Below, one piece after another: positions 19,820 to 31,321 of a stretch of DNA of 64,000 nt. The notes beneath the pieces are model-generated. The model saw nothing but the letters and a program-made list of their open reading frames with translations. It was not told the origin of the DNA and searched no databases. A program made the translations under genes and the position numbers. Within the stretch, counting starts at the first letter, position 1. The number at the start of each line of letters is the position of its first letter. Source of the stretch: Nitrospirota bacterium (GTDB lineage: Bacteria; Nitrospirota; Nitrospiria; Nitrospirales; NS-4); the NCBI GenBank assembly GCA_963788195.1, contig CAWBGA010000017.1, positions 384,001 to 448,000 on the forward strand, written 5' to 3'.

Positions 19820-21067
19820 ATGCGCCTGCTTCTCATCGCAGTAGCCATAACAGCGGTACTGTCGGGACTGGCGCCTGCAGGGTACGCGTTGTCTCCGGAG
19901 TATCAACTGGATGCGGAGCTGTCCTCCACGGATTCCACGATCGCTTATGCCATAACTCAGAACGAAGGATTTACACCTCCCTTCGAACATGTGGAGCTCC
20001 GGCTCTCGTCGGGCTCATCGCTGCCGTCCTTGGACGTCGATCCGCTGGAAGAGAAGGTGAGCATCGCATTACCGGCAACTCCCTTGCTTGTGGACCCCAT
20101 GGGCACCCTCGACCTCCAGGTGCCCATGGTTCGGACGGCGAAGATCGATCGCCATGTGCAATTTTTCAGTTACCAGATTCGGGACCGTTTTGAGCAATGG
20201 CTGAGCCGCCTTGAGCGTTACCGCCCGAGCGTGCAGAGCATCTTTTCAGAGTTCAAACTGCCCCTGGATCTGATCTTTCTGTCGCTTGTCGAGAGTGGCT
20301 TCAACACCAATGCGGTCTCCCGGGCCAAGGCCGTCGGTCCGTGGCAATTCATGAAGCCTACGGCCAAGTTCTATGGCCTGCGCGTCGACAGTTGGGTGGA
20401 TGAGCGACGGGATCCGGTCAAATCCACGGTAGCGGCCGCGCAGTATCTTCGGGATCTCTATCACCTCTTCGGCTCTTGGCCACTAGCCATGGCGGCATAT
20501 AATGCCGGTGAAGGCAAAGTGGGCCGTTCCATGGCTCGGCTCAAAGACAAAGACAGCGATTTTTGGGCCCTGGTGGATACAAAGCTGTTAAGAGCGGAAA
20601 CCCGCGAGTATGTTCCGCGCTTCGTGGCAGCGGCGCAGATCGCTAAGGACCCGGCTCGATTCGGATTCAACATTGCCCCTCAGCCCCCCGTGGAATACGA
20701 AGAGGTGATAATCACGCGGCCTGTCCATTTGAAGGCCGCGGCCCGAGCCGCCGGCGTTTCCTTGGAGGAAATGAAAAACCTGAATCCGGAGCTTCGGCGA
20801 GAGATGACGCCGCCTGATCCCCTGTATGTTCTCAAGGTGCCCGTTGGGAAGAAGTCCACCATGATGGCGAACCTTCCAGTTTACCGAACGCTCTACCCTG
20901 CCGTTTATCTTGAACCCAAGCGAAAACTATTCGCGGGGGCGGGAAAAGATAAGCTCGGATTGTCTCGCCTGGCCGCACGCGCTCAGCATCACAAGTCCCC
21001 CGATTGGCTGCTCAAGGGCAAATCCGGACGGGGTAAGTCTCCAGTCGTGGCACAAGCTCCACAATAA
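19820..21067 (+). CDS. Lytic murein transglycosylase, MltD-like (SLT domain)
   Basis: LSLVESGFN..AVSRAKAVGPWQFM..TA..YGL, DERRDP, AAYNAGEG, ETREYVPR. Confidence 0.9.
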   Translation: MRLLLIAVAITAVLSGLAPAGYALSPEYQLDAELSSTDSTIAYAITQNEGFTPPFEHVELRLSSGSSLPSLDVDPLEEKVSIALPATPLLVDPMGTLDLQVPMVRTAKIDRHVQFFSYQIRDRFEQWLSRLERYRPSVQSIFSEFKLPLDLIFLSLVESGFNTNAVSRAKAVGPWQFMKPTAKFYGLRVDSWVDERRDPVKSTVAAAQYLRDLYHLFGSWPLAMAAYNAGEGKVGRSMARLKDKDSDFWALVDTKLLRAETREYVPRFVAAAQIAKDPARFGFNIAPQPPVEYEEVIITRPVHLKAAARAAGVSLEEMKNLNPELRREMTPPDPLYVLKVPVGKKSTMMANLPVYRTLYPAVYLEPKRKLFAGAGKDKLGLSRLAARAQHHKSPDWLLKGKSGRGKSPVVAQAPQ

Positions 21068-21113
21068 CCGCATAGCGAAGCGCCGACAACGCTCAACATA
21101 GCGCATCCGTCAT

Positions 21114-21885
21114 TCACTTATTAGGTGGCACACCCTGCGTGGCCGGCATCTGCTCAGCCGGCGCCACAGGGGAGGGCGGGGCTTTTTTCGCATCGAGCGT
21201 CTTGATACGGATCGTGGCCTCTTCGGTATAGGGCGAATGCGGGTGGTCCTTAATGAGCTCTTGGTAGTACGCCAGGGCCCCCTCCGGACGCTGTAACGCC
21301 TCATGGATCCTGGCCAGCTCATACAGGGCATGATCCTTGTTAGGCGCGTTCGACATTTTGGTGATCATTTGAAACGTCTTCTGGGCTTCATCCAGCTTCC
21401 CTTGAGAGAGCTGCGCATAGGCCAATCGCTGGTACACCAGGGGAATCAGCGATTTATGATCGCCATAGCGATTATTAAAATCCTGGTAGGCTTTTGTCGC
21501 CCCCTCCCAGTCCTTTAAATCACTCAAGACATTCCCAAGCATATAGGCCGCCTGCGGTGCGGCGGAAGTGCGGGGATACTCCGCGAGCACCTTCCGAAAG
21601 GTCTCCGCTGCCTGTTGCATTTGCTCAGGGCGAGGCGGGGGCGCGGTGGGGGATGCCTGAGAGAGCATCGCCATGCCCTGATGCAATAGTTCCTCCGCGG
21701 CTGCGTTTTCATGTTGCCGCAGCCAAAGATATCCGCCTATGGCGATCGCGACGATCACTGCAGCGGCGATCCCGGCCATCATCCACGTGAGATTTTCCCG
21801 AGCCGCGTCGGCCACGTGGCCCATGGACCCCGCTGATGTGCGCGACATTCGCGACCGGGGGTTTTTCCTTCCTGATTTTGAACAT
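21114..21885 (-). CDS. Membrane-anchored TPR protein (YfgM/CpoB-like); frameshift near the 5' end
   Basis: TM segment followed by TPR repeats (EYPRTSAAPQAAYMLG, ALYELARIHE). ATG 21885 has SD GAAGGAG. Confidence 0.75.
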
Positions 21886-21940
21886 TCTAAACTCCTTCGA
21901 CCATCACGCCTCGGACCTTATACTCACGCCTCCGAGAAAT

Positions 21941-21991
21941 TGTCAAACAGCCAATCGTGCGTTTGACAGGATGGCAACAAGGCAGTATACG
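21941..21991. promoter_or_regulatory. Palindrome TGTCAAAC-N12-GTTTGACA (candidate BirA operator) overlapping the bioF sigma70 promoter TTGACA-N17-TATACG
   Basis: Perfect 8-bp inverted repeat at 21941-21948 and 21961-21968, immediately upstream of bioF. Confidence 0.55.
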
Positions 21992-21999
21992 TTGCCTGT

Positions 22000-23172
22000 A
22001 TGTACTCCACCCGCCTGGATGTTCTCTCGCGCCGTTCACTCCTCCGACGGCTCCGTACGATCGATTGCGCCCCGCGCGCAGAGGTGCAGTTCGATGGACG
22101 TAGGATTCTTCTGTTCTCTTCCAATAATTATTTGGACCTCGCGGCCCACCCCAAAGTCATGGAAGCAGCCAGCGCCGCCATCCGGCGTTACGGCGTCGGA
22201 GCCGGCGCGTCTCGTCTGATTTCCGGCACGCTGGCGCCCCATACCGAGCTTGAAGAGCGGCTCGCGGCATTTAAGCGCACCGAAGCGGCGCTCGTATTCA
22301 GTACCGGCTACCACGCCAACCTCGGCTTGATTCAAACGCTCGCCGAAGACGCCTCCACAATCTACGCCGACCGCCTGTCCCACGCGAGCTTGATTGACGC
22401 CTGCCGGTTCTGCAAAGCGCAACTCCGGATTTTCCGCCATCGGGAGGCGTCGCAACTTCGCGCCCTGCTGAAGAGCAAGCGCAAGGAGGCTGCGGTCATT
22501 CTTACAGACGGCGTCTTCAGTATGGATGGTGATCTGGCGCCGCTTCCTGCCCTGCTCAATGTCGCTGAGTCCACCGGCGCCCAACTCGTCGTCGACGATG
22601 CCCACGGGACCGGGGTCATGGGCCCGGAGGGCCGCGGCACGGTGGAACACTTCGGGCTGAAGAGTGCGGCGCTTATCCAGATGGGGACATTGAGCAAGGC
22701 CTTGGGAGCATTCGGCGGCTTTGTGACCGGCTCCCGAGACCTGATCACGTACCTCGTCAACCGCGCCCGGTCTTTTATCTACACGACAGCGCTACCCCCA
22801 GCCATGGCAGCTGCGGCATCGGCAGCCCTGGAAATCATCATATGCGAACCTGAGCGCCGCGCGCGGCTTTGGTTCCTGCGCGAGCGGTTGGATCAAGGGC
22901 TAAAGACAATGGGCTGCGGGACCCTCGGCAGCGAATCTCCGATCATGCCTATTCTCGTCGGAGATGTCGCGGCGGCGCTGCGCTTGTCGGATCACCTGCT
23001 CGCTCAGGGTATATATGCTCCGGCGATTCGTCCTCCGACGGTACCCTCATCCAGCAGCAGAATCCGGATCACCGTGACGGCAGGCCACACTCCCGCTCAC
23101 ATCGATCACCTTCTGGAAGCGTTGTCCATGCTGAGGGCAACCGACGGCGGAATTATGGGAGCGACTGACTAA
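22000..23172 (+). CDS. bioF: 8-amino-7-oxononanoate synthase
   Basis: FSSNNYL, GAGASRLISG, DRLSHASLID, DGVFSMDGD, DDAHG, GTLSKA (PLP Lys), AIRPPTVP. Confidence 0.95.
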   Translation: MYSTRLDVLSRRSLLRRLRTIDCAPRAEVQFDGRRILLFSSNNYLDLAAHPKVMEAASAAIRRYGVGAGASRLISGTLAPHTELEERLAAFKRTEAALVFSTGYHANLGLIQTLAEDASTIYADRLSHASLIDACRFCKAQLRIFRHREASQLRALLKSKRKEAAVILTDGVFSMDGDLAPLPALLNVAESTGAQLVVDDAHGTGVMGPEGRGTVEHFGLKSAALIQMGTLSKALGAFGGFVTGSRDLITYLVNRARSFIYTTALPPAMAAAASAALEIIICEPERRARLWFLRERLDQGLKTMGCGTLGSESPIMPILVGDVAAALRLSDHLLAQGIYAPAIRPPTVPSSSSRIRITVTAGHTPAHIDHLLEALSMLRATDGGIMGATD

Positions 23173-23199
23173 CCCTACTGCGATTGCGAGACGCGAGGG

Positions 23200-24016
23200 G
23201 CGTAAGACGCGTTCACCATCCCTTTGATTGTATAGCTTTCCAACTGCTTCACTGAGATATGTGACCGCGCCACGGGTTTCGAGTACGGGCGGGGCCTCAA
23301 TAATCTCTTCATACTTCACAAGCCCGACACCCCGAACAAACCAGCTTGAGATTCGATCTTGGCTGACGGCCAGATGCCGGTTCTTCGACATCGTAACGGA
23401 GAGGGTCATGACCGCATCAATACGCAAGGCCTCCGGGAATGCGCCGGCTCCCACAATCACCGGTTCATAGCCGACGACCCGCGCGTCCGCCACAACATCC
23501 CCGCGTTCGGGGTGTCCGTCCCCGTCAAGGTCCGCCTGCATGTCGACGTTCGTCTTGTTGAGTTGCCGAAACGTCGCCCCTAGCACCAGCGGAAAGTTCA
23601 GGATGCGGTAGGGCACTAATTGCTGCTCGAACGGCGTTGTCGGCCGACTGCCGTGGTACACGATGCCGGTGTCATCGCGTCGAAAGTAGCCGTCGGTGGG
23701 ACCCTTGTTTCCCTGATTCGTTTCGCGAAAAATTTTCACCATGACGCCGTTCATGTTCGAGGTGCCGATCGTCGTCACTTCATTCTTGAAAGTGACCTGC
23801 GCAATATGCTCAATCTTTTCCGTATGCGTGTAGCCGACATACTCCCAGACACTTCCGAGACCGTCTGGGAAATATTCCTCGGTGTTCTCCAGCGCTCGAG
23901 GCGACGGGTGGCTGTCAGCGGCTTGCGAAAAGGCATTGCCGGCCATTGCCCACAACGGCGATCAAGCCTATCGTAAGGGATATCCACCGGAAAGAATGCC
24001 GCAATAGTCTCTCCAT
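23200..24016 (-). CDS. Hypothetical secreted beta-sheet protein (DUF3108-like); both ends probably frameshifted
   Basis: Core of ORF 23047..23955 (EYFPDGLGSVWEY..SSWFVRGVGLVKYEE). A probable signal peptide from ATG 24016 is in another frame. Confidence 0.55.
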
Positions 24017-24117
24017 TTTGCAGAGCAGGCGGAATTGTAAGGTATCATAAGGACCTACTCCCATCAAGTCTGCTATAATTTGCCGCCCCAGAATGCCTCC
24101 TATCGCGAGAAGCGGTC

Positions 24118-24861
24118 ATGCACAGCAAGCCACCGGACAAGCCCGTGGTTCTTGTAACCGGCTCTTCAAGAGGGCTCGGTCGTGCGATTGCGGCAGGGTT
24201 TGGGAGTAACGGGTACCGGGTCGCAGCGAATTACCGGATGGACACCGTCGGGGCGCTGGAGACCACGCGGACGATCGAATCCCAGGGAGGCGAAGCCTTT
24301 GCGCACCAGGCGGATGTCCGGGACGCGAAAGCAGTTCACGCCATGGTCTCTACAATTATGGATCGCTGGGGGCGCCTGGATGTTTTGGTGTGTAATGCGG
24401 GGGTCACAACACACGACCTCGTGGTTCGGCTGTCCGAGGAATCGTGGAATTCAGTCCTAGGGACGATCTTAACAGGGACCTTTCATTGTCTTCAGGCTGC
24501 CGGCATGGTGATGAAACAACAGGGTGGAGGAGCAATGGTTCTCATAGGGTCGCTCGCGAGTATCCAGGGTCGATCGGGACAAGCACCCTACGCCGCCGCG
24601 AAAGCCGGTATGCTCGGGCTCATGCATACCGCTGCACGGGAATGGGGCCGACACGGTATCCGAATTAACATGATTCTTCCGGGGTGGCACGCCACCGCCT
24701 TGACACAATTCCAGGAGGATTCCACCCCCCCGCCCTTTGCTCCGGTGTTGGAAGCTGGCACCAAGATGGAGGCAGTAGCCCAGTTTGTGTGCGCTTTGGC
24801 GAATATGCCCGATGTCTCCGGACAGACGTTCAGCCTGGACAGCCGAATTCTGCCACTGTGA
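24118..24861 (+). CDS. SDR oxidoreductase, FabG-like 3-oxoacyl-ACP reductase
   Basis: VTGSSRGLG, CNAG and YAAAK motifs. The stop overlaps the bioD start (GTGA). Confidence 0.85.
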   Translation: MHSKPPDKPVVLVTGSSRGLGRAIAAGFGSNGYRVAANYRMDTVGALETTRTIESQGGEAFAHQADVRDAKAVHAMVSTIMDRWGRLDVLVCNAGVTTHDLVVRLSEESWNSVLGTILTGTFHCLQAAGMVMKQQGGGAMVLIGSLASIQGRSGQAPYAAAKAGMLGLMHTAAREWGRHGIRINMILPGWHATALTQFQEDSTPPPFAPVLEAGTKMEAVAQFVCALANMPDVSGQTFSLDSRILPL

Positions 24862-25581
24862 GCGCGCGCACCCCACGAGGACTGTTTGTGACCGGGACCG
24901 ATACCGGAGTGGGAAAGACGATTGCGACCGGTGTCGTCGCAATCTCTCTTCGCGCCCACGGCGTTAACGCAGGTGTGATGAAGCCCGTGGAGACCGGAAT
25001 CGAGGCGCGTCCTGACGGATTCTGACTGGCTTGGATCGGTTGTGCCTAGCGAGGATCCGCGGGAGATGATGACTCCCTATCGTCTGCGGGCGGCTGCTGC
25101 GCCCGCGGTTGCTGCGATGGCAGAAAATCTTTCCATTGAGCTTCCCACAATTGTCGCAGCGTTTAAAGCGCTGGCCTCCCGGCATGAGTGTATCGTCGTC
25201 GAGGGCGTGGGAGGGGCCATGGTCCCTCTGCGCCATGACCTTCTTGTCGCCGACCTCATGCTTCAACTGGGACTCCCGGTCCTCATCGTCGCCCGTGTAG
25301 GACTCGGCAGCATCAACCATACGTTGCTCACAGTAGAGTGCCTCGAACGCCGTGGAATCCCCATACTTGGGATTCTCTTTAATAACCCGATCCCGCCGCC
25401 GCACGATCATAGTCATGACACCGTCCCGACGATTTTGCGATGGACTGGCCTTCGGTGCTTTGGGGAATTGCCTCACGCGGATGGCCTGCCGGAGACGTGG
25501 AACCGGCAGCATGCGCGGCTCATGTCGCACGTGGATATCCAAGGATTATTGGAAGCTCTTGAGTTCCGCGCAGTGGCGTGA
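24858..25581 (+). CDS. bioD: Dethiobiotin synthase; frameshift near ~25020
   Basis: LFVTGTDTGVGKT, MKPVETG, VVEGVGG, LGSINHTLLT. Confidence 0.92.
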
Positions 25582-25624
25582 TCTTTAACGGCTCAGCAGC
25601 AGCCCTTAACGGGGATGAATCAAG

Positions 25625-25653
25625 TTGACTGTCACGGGTCGGTAGCGTACAAC
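25625..25653 (+). promoter_or_regulatory. Putative sigma70 promoter for fabF-acp
   Basis: TTGACT-N17-TACAAC. Confidence 0.45.
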
Positions 25654-25678
25654 CTGCATCGTAACCCAAGGAGCATGA

Positions 25679-26934
25679 ATGCAGCGTCGGGTGGTGATTA
25701 CAGGGCTAGGGGTGGTGTCGCCGATCGGGATCGGCGTCGGCCATTTTTGGAGGGCTGCATTGGAAGGGCGATCCGGCATCACGGCCCTGCGGCCTTTGGC
25801 GGACTTTCCTCTGGAGTCCTATCGGTGTCAGATCGCCGGGCAGGTCCGTGATTTTCAAGCCTCTCAATTCCTCGAGGCCGGGATTGCGGAACGAGTGGAT
25901 CGTTATGCTCAGTTCGCAATGATCGCATCAAGGGAAGCCTTCCGTGATGCCTCGCTTGCCATGGAGCATGAAGCACCACATCGGGTTGGTGTGATTGTCG
26001 GCGCTGGAATGGGCGGGATGGTGATGGGCGAACGAGAGATCACGAAGCTCTATCGTTCACACCGGCCGGAACGGGTGCATCCGAATTTCATTCCGACGAT
26101 TACGCTCAACTCCGCCTCAGGCCTGCTGGCGATTCAGCATGGCGCGAAAGGCCCGAACCTTACAATTTCGACGGCATGCTCCTCGGGCGCGCATGCCATC
26201 GGCCAAGCGCTCTCGACCATTCGCTCCGGGAAAGCAGATGTCATGATGGCCGTGGGCGCGGATGCAAGCCTGACGCCCTTGGTGTTCGCAGGCTTCTGCA
26301 CCTTGCGGGCGCTGTCGACAAAATTCAACAAAACGCCGAGCCTCGCCTCGCGTCCATTTGATCGATTGCGGGATGGGTTCGTGATGGGAGAAGGCGCAGG
26401 GGCCCTCGATTTTAGAATCGCTCTCCCATGCCAAGCAGACGAAAGGCGAAAATCTATGCGGAACTCGCCGGATACGGCGCAACCAGTGAGTCCTTCCACG
26501 TCGTCATCCCCCGGGAGGATGGCGCCGACATGGCGACGACGATGGCATTGGCTCTTGACGATGCCGGGATTTCACCTGCACAGGTAGACTACATCAATGC
26601 CCATGCGACCTCTACCATGGTCGGCGACGCAGCTGAGGTGAGAGGGATTCGGCGACTCTTGAAAGGCCGCGCCGAGCATGTCGTCGTCAACGCGACAAAA
26701 TCGTTAATCGGTCATACCCTCGGAGCCGCAGGCGCAATCGGCGCCATTGCGTCAGTCTTGGCTCTTCACAACAGCATTATTCATCCGACCATTAACTATG
26801 AGCAACCCGATGCCGAGTGCGCGCTACCCGGGATCTCCGCGAAAGTCCAGGAGCGTCGAGCGAAAGTGGCGTTGCTGAACGCCTTCGGTTTCGGAAGCAA
26901 TAACGCAGCCCTGGTGTTTAAGAAATGGCGGTGA
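25679..26934 (+). CDS. fabF: Beta-ketoacyl-ACP synthase II; frameshift near ~26410
   Basis: RRVVITGLG, STACSSG (Cys), SRPFDRLRDGFVMGEGAG, YINAHATST, KSLIGHTLGAAG, NAFGFG. Confidence 0.9.
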
Positions 26935-27251
26935 GGAAGTCACCGGAAAAACGACCGGCGCAGTCGGCCGCCGCCAAGCAAGTCATGGCGGCCTTAAGCG
27001 AATATCTCAAAAAGGACGAACGCAAGTTGGCGGCCACCCTCTCTTTGCGAGAGGACTTGGGCCTTGATTCTCTCGCCATCATCGAATTACTGTACAGGAT
27101 CGAAGAGGTGTTCAATCTTTCAATTCCGGATGAGGACCTTGAAAAGCTTCAAACTGTCGGCGACGTGATTGCGTACATCGAAAATGGAATGGGATCGAAA
27201 CGTCCCACGGCGGCCTCGGCGAAGACCACGAAAACAAAGAAACGAAAGTAA
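26925..27251 (+). CDS. acpP: Acyl carrier protein with basic extensions
   Basis: EDLGLDSLAIIEL..IEEVF..IPDEDLEKLQTVGDVIAYI, containing the phosphopantetheine Ser. Confidence 0.88.
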   Translation: MAVRKSPEKRPAQSAAAKQVMAALSEYLKKDERKLAATLSLREDLGLDSLAIIELLYRIEEVFNLSIPDEDLEKLQTVGDVIAYIENGMGSKRPTAASAKTTKTKKRK

Positions 27252-27252
27252 G

Positions 27253-28110
27253 TTACTCCCCGGCGTCCTTCTGCTCTTCTCCAAGCAATTCTTTCACCTT
27301 CGCCCCGATATCCTTGGACGTGATCAGCGCCTCTCCGACAAGAATGGCCCGAACACCAGCTTCTGCAAGCCGCCGCACGTCAGCCGCAGTGACGATTCCG
27401 CTCTCACTGACAATTAACTTGTCGTCCGGGATGCGCTTCGCCAATCGGAATGTCACCTCCAGGGACGTCTCAAACGTGGTCAGGTCACGATTGTTGATCC
27501 CGATTAACCGCGTCTCCGGCAGACGCTCGAGCAAGAGATCCAGCTCCCGCTCGTGGTGAACTTCGATAAGGACATCGAGCCCGAATTCCTGACGCGCCAG
27601 GTGATAAAAGTCGATCAACTGTGGACGCTCCAGCGCGGCAACGATCAGGAGGACAGCATCCGCACGATGGGCCCGCGCCTCATAGAACTGCAACTCGTCC
27701 ACCATGAATTCTTTATTGAGAGCAGGCAATGGAATGGCTTCCCGAATCCGTTGGAGAAAATCGAGGCTGCCTTGAAAAAATGCCATGTCCGTCAGGACGG
27801 ACAGGGCGCTCGCGCCGGATTGGTGATACGCCCTGGCAATGGCCAGGGCATCAAAATCTTCTCGAAGGAGTCCTTTGCTGGGGGAGGCCTTTTTGACCTC
27901 CGCAATAAGCCGGGGCGTCTCCCCTCTGGGAATCGAGGCACGAGCGCTGGGACCGATAAGCACCGGAGGCGCCAGGCCCGCGAGGGCCGTGTAAAATCCG
28001 ATCGGCGGCGGCGTCTGCCGGATCCTGGTTTTTAGTTCCGCCAGGTAGGAGGCTTTCTTTTTGTCTTTGATCTCCTGCTTCTTGTGTTCGAGGATTCTAT
28101 CCAGAAACAT
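27253..28110 (-). CDS. trpC: Indole-3-glycerol phosphate synthase
   Basis: IAEVKKASPSKG, SVLTD..FF.GS, IGINNRDL, VSESGI, LVGEAL. Confidence 0.95.
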   Translation of the reverse strand: MFLDRILEHKKQEIKDKKKASYLAELKTRIRQTPPPIGFYTALAGLAPPVLIGPSARASIPRGETPRLIAEVKKASPSKGLLREDFDALAIARAYHQSGASALSVLTDMAFFQGSLDFLQRIREAIPLPALNKEFMVDELQFYEARAHRADAVLLIVAALERPQLIDFYHLARQEFGLDVLIEVHHERELDLLLERLPETRLIGINNRDLTTFETSLEVTFRLAKRIPDDKLIVSESGIVTAADVRRLAEAGVRAILVGEALITSKDIGAKVKELLGEEQKDAGE

Positions 28111-28116
28111 GGAAGC

Positions 28117-29128
28117 TCAACCCTTGGTCCATTTGATCAGGGTCTCGAGCTTCTCCATGGCCTTCCCGGAACGAATGACGGCGCGTGCCTTCTCCACCCC
28201 CTCCTGCAAGGTCTCTGCTTTGCCGGCGGCCACGAAGGCAGGCGCGGCATTGACAAGGACGAGATGCTGGCGGGGGCCCTCCCGTCCTTCCAGAATATCG
28301 CGCGTGATGCGGGCATTTTCCTCGGCATCCCCGCCGCTCAAATCTTTTAAGCGGCACCGCTCGACTCCGAAATCGCCGGGTTCGACAAAGTAAGTGGTGA
28401 TACGGCTGCCCTTAGCCTCGGTAATGCGAGTGCGGGTTGTGAGTGTGATCTCATCCAAGCCGTCCATGCCATGAACCACGTAACAATGCCGTGCCCCGAG
28501 ATTCATCAGAACTTTCGCGAGGGTGTCAGTCAGTGACTCTTCATACACGCCAAGAATCTGGATGCTCGCGCCGGCTGGGTTCGTCAGTGGCCCGAGCAGG
28601 TTGAAGATCGTGCGGATCCCGATCTCCTGTCTTACTGTCGCCGCGTGCTTCATCGCCGTGTGAAACATCGGCGCGAACAGAAATCCCAGTCCTATTTCAT
28701 TAATGCATTCTTCAACGCGCTCGGGCGGGAGATCGACGCGCACGCCCAAAGCCGTGAGAACGTCCGCGCTGCCGCACCGGGACGTGACCGCCCGATTACC
28801 GTGCTTTGCGACCGTGAGGCCGCCGCCGGCCAGTACCAACGCCACCGTCGTCGAGACATTGAATGTGCCCGCGCCATCCCCGCCTGTCCCGCAGGTGTCT
28901 ACGACGACTGCTGTCGTCGGGTGGATCCGCATGGCCTTTGCTCGCATGGCTCGTGCGGAGCCCGTGATCTCATCAACCGTCTCACCCTTGATGCGAAGCG
29001 CCGTGACATACGCTGCGATTTGCGAAGCTGTGGTCTTACCCTCCATGATCTCGTGCATGACCACTTCCGCCTCGCCATCAGTCAAGGACTGCCGCTCGAC
29101 GAGTCTCGGCAATGGCCTGCTGGATCAT
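28117..29128 (-). CDS. trpD: Anthranilate phosphoribosyltransferase; 1-nt frameshift after codon ~7
   Basis: DTCGTGGDG..TFNVST, AKHGNR, GSADVL, RTIFNLLGPLTNPA, DGLDE. ATG 29128 gives MIQQAIA. Confidence 0.95.
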
Positions 29129-29138
29129 GCCGACCGAA

Positions 29139-29702
29139 TCACAGGGTCAGAAAGTTGCGCAGAAGATCCTTGCCTGGGCGAGTCAAAATGGATTCGGGAT
29201 GGAACTGGACGCCTTCGACAGTGAGGGTACGGTGGCGAAGGCCCATGATTTCTCCCTCCTCCGTTTCCGCGGTGACCTCCAGGCAGGAGGGAAGAGTCTC
29301 TCGGCGCACAATCAGCGAATGGTATCGCGTGGCTTCAAACGGATTGGGCAGATCACGAAAGATGGTGCGCTGATCGTGGCGGATCATGGAGGTCTTTCCA
29401 TGCATGAGCCGGGGCGCCCGCACCACGTCGCCACCGAATGCCTCGCCGATACTTTGATGGCCAAGACAGACACCGAGAATCGGAATGAGTCCCGCCAGCC
29501 GCTTGATTGTTTCGACCGAGATGCCGGCTTGCTTAGGCGTGCATGGCCCCGGGGAGATCACGATGCGTTCAGGCTTCATGGCAACAATCTCATCAACCGT
29601 GATCGCATCATTTCTGACAACCCGGAGCTCCTGACCCAACTCGCCTAGGTACTGGACCAGGTTATAGGTGAAGGAGTCGTAATTATCGATGACCAACAGC
29701 AC
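29139..29702 (-). CDS. trpG: Anthranilate synthase component II (glutamine amidotransferase)
   Basis: [34 protein letters not shown]. Confidence 0.95.
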   Translation of the reverse strand: MLLVIDNYDSFTYNLVQYLGELGQELRVVRNDAITVDEIVAMKPERIVISPGPCTPKQAGISVETIKRLAGLIPILGVCLGHQSIGEAFGGDVVRAPRLMHGKTSMIRHDQRTIFRDLPNPFEATRYHSLIVRRETLPSCLEVTAETEEGEIMGLRHRTLTVEGVQFHPESILTRPGKDLLRNFLTL

Positions 29703-29705
29703 AGG

Positions 29706-31197
29706 CTACTCCAAACCTCCTTCGGCCATTTCAATCGCCCGCATCATCGCCTGGGCCTTGTTGCATGTCTCCTGGTATTCCGCCTCGGGGTCGGAATCGG
29801 CCACAATCCCCGCGCCCGCCTGGATATAGGCTTGACGTCCCTTGATCACAACGGTGCGGATGTTGATGCAGGTATCCATATTGCCGGAAAACCCAAAGTA
29901 GCCCACCGCCCCGGCGTAAGGTCCGCGGCGCGACGGCTCCAACTCCTCGATGATCTCCATCGCGCGGATCTTCGGCGCCCCCGACACAGTCCCTGCAGGA
30001 AAACAGGCGCGCAGGACATCGTAGGCATCCTTCCCCGCTTGAAGCCGCCCCTCCACTTGCGACACGAGGTGCATCACATGGGAGTACTGCTCCACCACCA
30101 TGAAATCTTTCACGCGCACGGAGCCCGGGACAGCCACGCGGCCCACGTCGTTGCGGCCGAGATCGACCAGCATGACATGTTCGGCGCGCTCTTTGGCGTT
30201 TGTCAGCAATTCCTCCCGTAGTAGCCCATCCTCCTCCTCGCTCTTCCCGCGGCGGCGCGTGCCGGCAATCGGACGCAGGTGGACGACGTCCGTCCTCACA
30301 ACGGACCAAGACTTCAGGTGACGCCCCGACCAGCTCGACGTCCGGAAATCTCAGGTAGAACATGTACGGCGACGGATTGACGACTCGGAGAGCCCGGTAA
30401 ATATCGAACGGCTTGGCGGCGAGCCGGGCCTGCCAACGCTGAGAGAGCACGCCCTGAAAAATATCGCCGGCCTTGATGTACTCCTTCGTCTGCACCACCA
30501 TTTTCTCGAAGTCGGCCTTGCTCATGTTGGAGGTAAATATAAGCGGCGTGCGGCGCCGGGCGCGTGCCGAGGCGCCGATGCGTGTCGTCCGCAGGCGGGC
30601 GATGATCCTGTCGATCCGTCGGATGGCCGCGTCATATGCTTTCTTCATCCCGCCAGCTCCGATCCGAGCATTCGCGACGACCTTGATGGTGTGGGCCACG
30701 TTATCGAAAATCAATAAGGCATCGGTCACGAGGAAGCTGACATCGGGGAGTCCGAGAAGATCCTTGCCGATCGACGGCAGCCGTTCAAACTGCCGGACGA
30801 TATCATAGCTTAAATAGCCTACGGCTCCCCCGTAGAAGCGCGGGAGGCCGGCCACCGGCACCGGCCGGTATTCGGCCATGATTTCGCGGAGTTCCGAGAG
30901 AACATCTCTCGTGACTGGAATTCCACGGCGGCGTCGCCCATCGGAAAGCACGAGCTGTGTCGAATTGCCTTGCAGCATCATGGGCGATCCGCTGCCCAAA
31001 AACGAATACCGGCCCCATTTCTCTCCGCCTTCGACACTCTCGAACAGATACGCACACGGCCCCTCGTCGATCTTCGCAAAGGCTGAAACGGGAGTTTCGA
31101 AATCGGCCAGCACTTCGCGAAAGACCGGAACGAGATTCCCCTCTTTCGCCAGCGCGCAAAACTGCTTGAAGTCCGGTGTGTAAGAGGCAGCGTGCAT
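29706..31197 (-). CDS. trpE: Anthranilate synthase component I; frameshift near ~30285
   Basis: [35 protein letters not shown], then [23 protein letters not shown] and [15 protein letters not shown]. Confidence 0.95.
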
Positions 31198-31321
31198 GAC
31201 GGTCACGGTACCACAGCCCATTTCGGCGAGTCAACGGAAGCTGATTACGTAGTTTAACGTAGTCGAGAGGAAAACGCGACGTGAACTGCCAGGCGAAAAA
31301 TGAAAGACGATGACGCCGGAC

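Noticed and set aside
27914..27975. Short insertion in trpC (LAPPVLIGPSARASIPRGETP) bounded by a 9-nt imperfect inverted repeat
   Set aside because: Pairing is weak and this N-terminal loop is naturally variable, so there is not enough support for a palindromic element.
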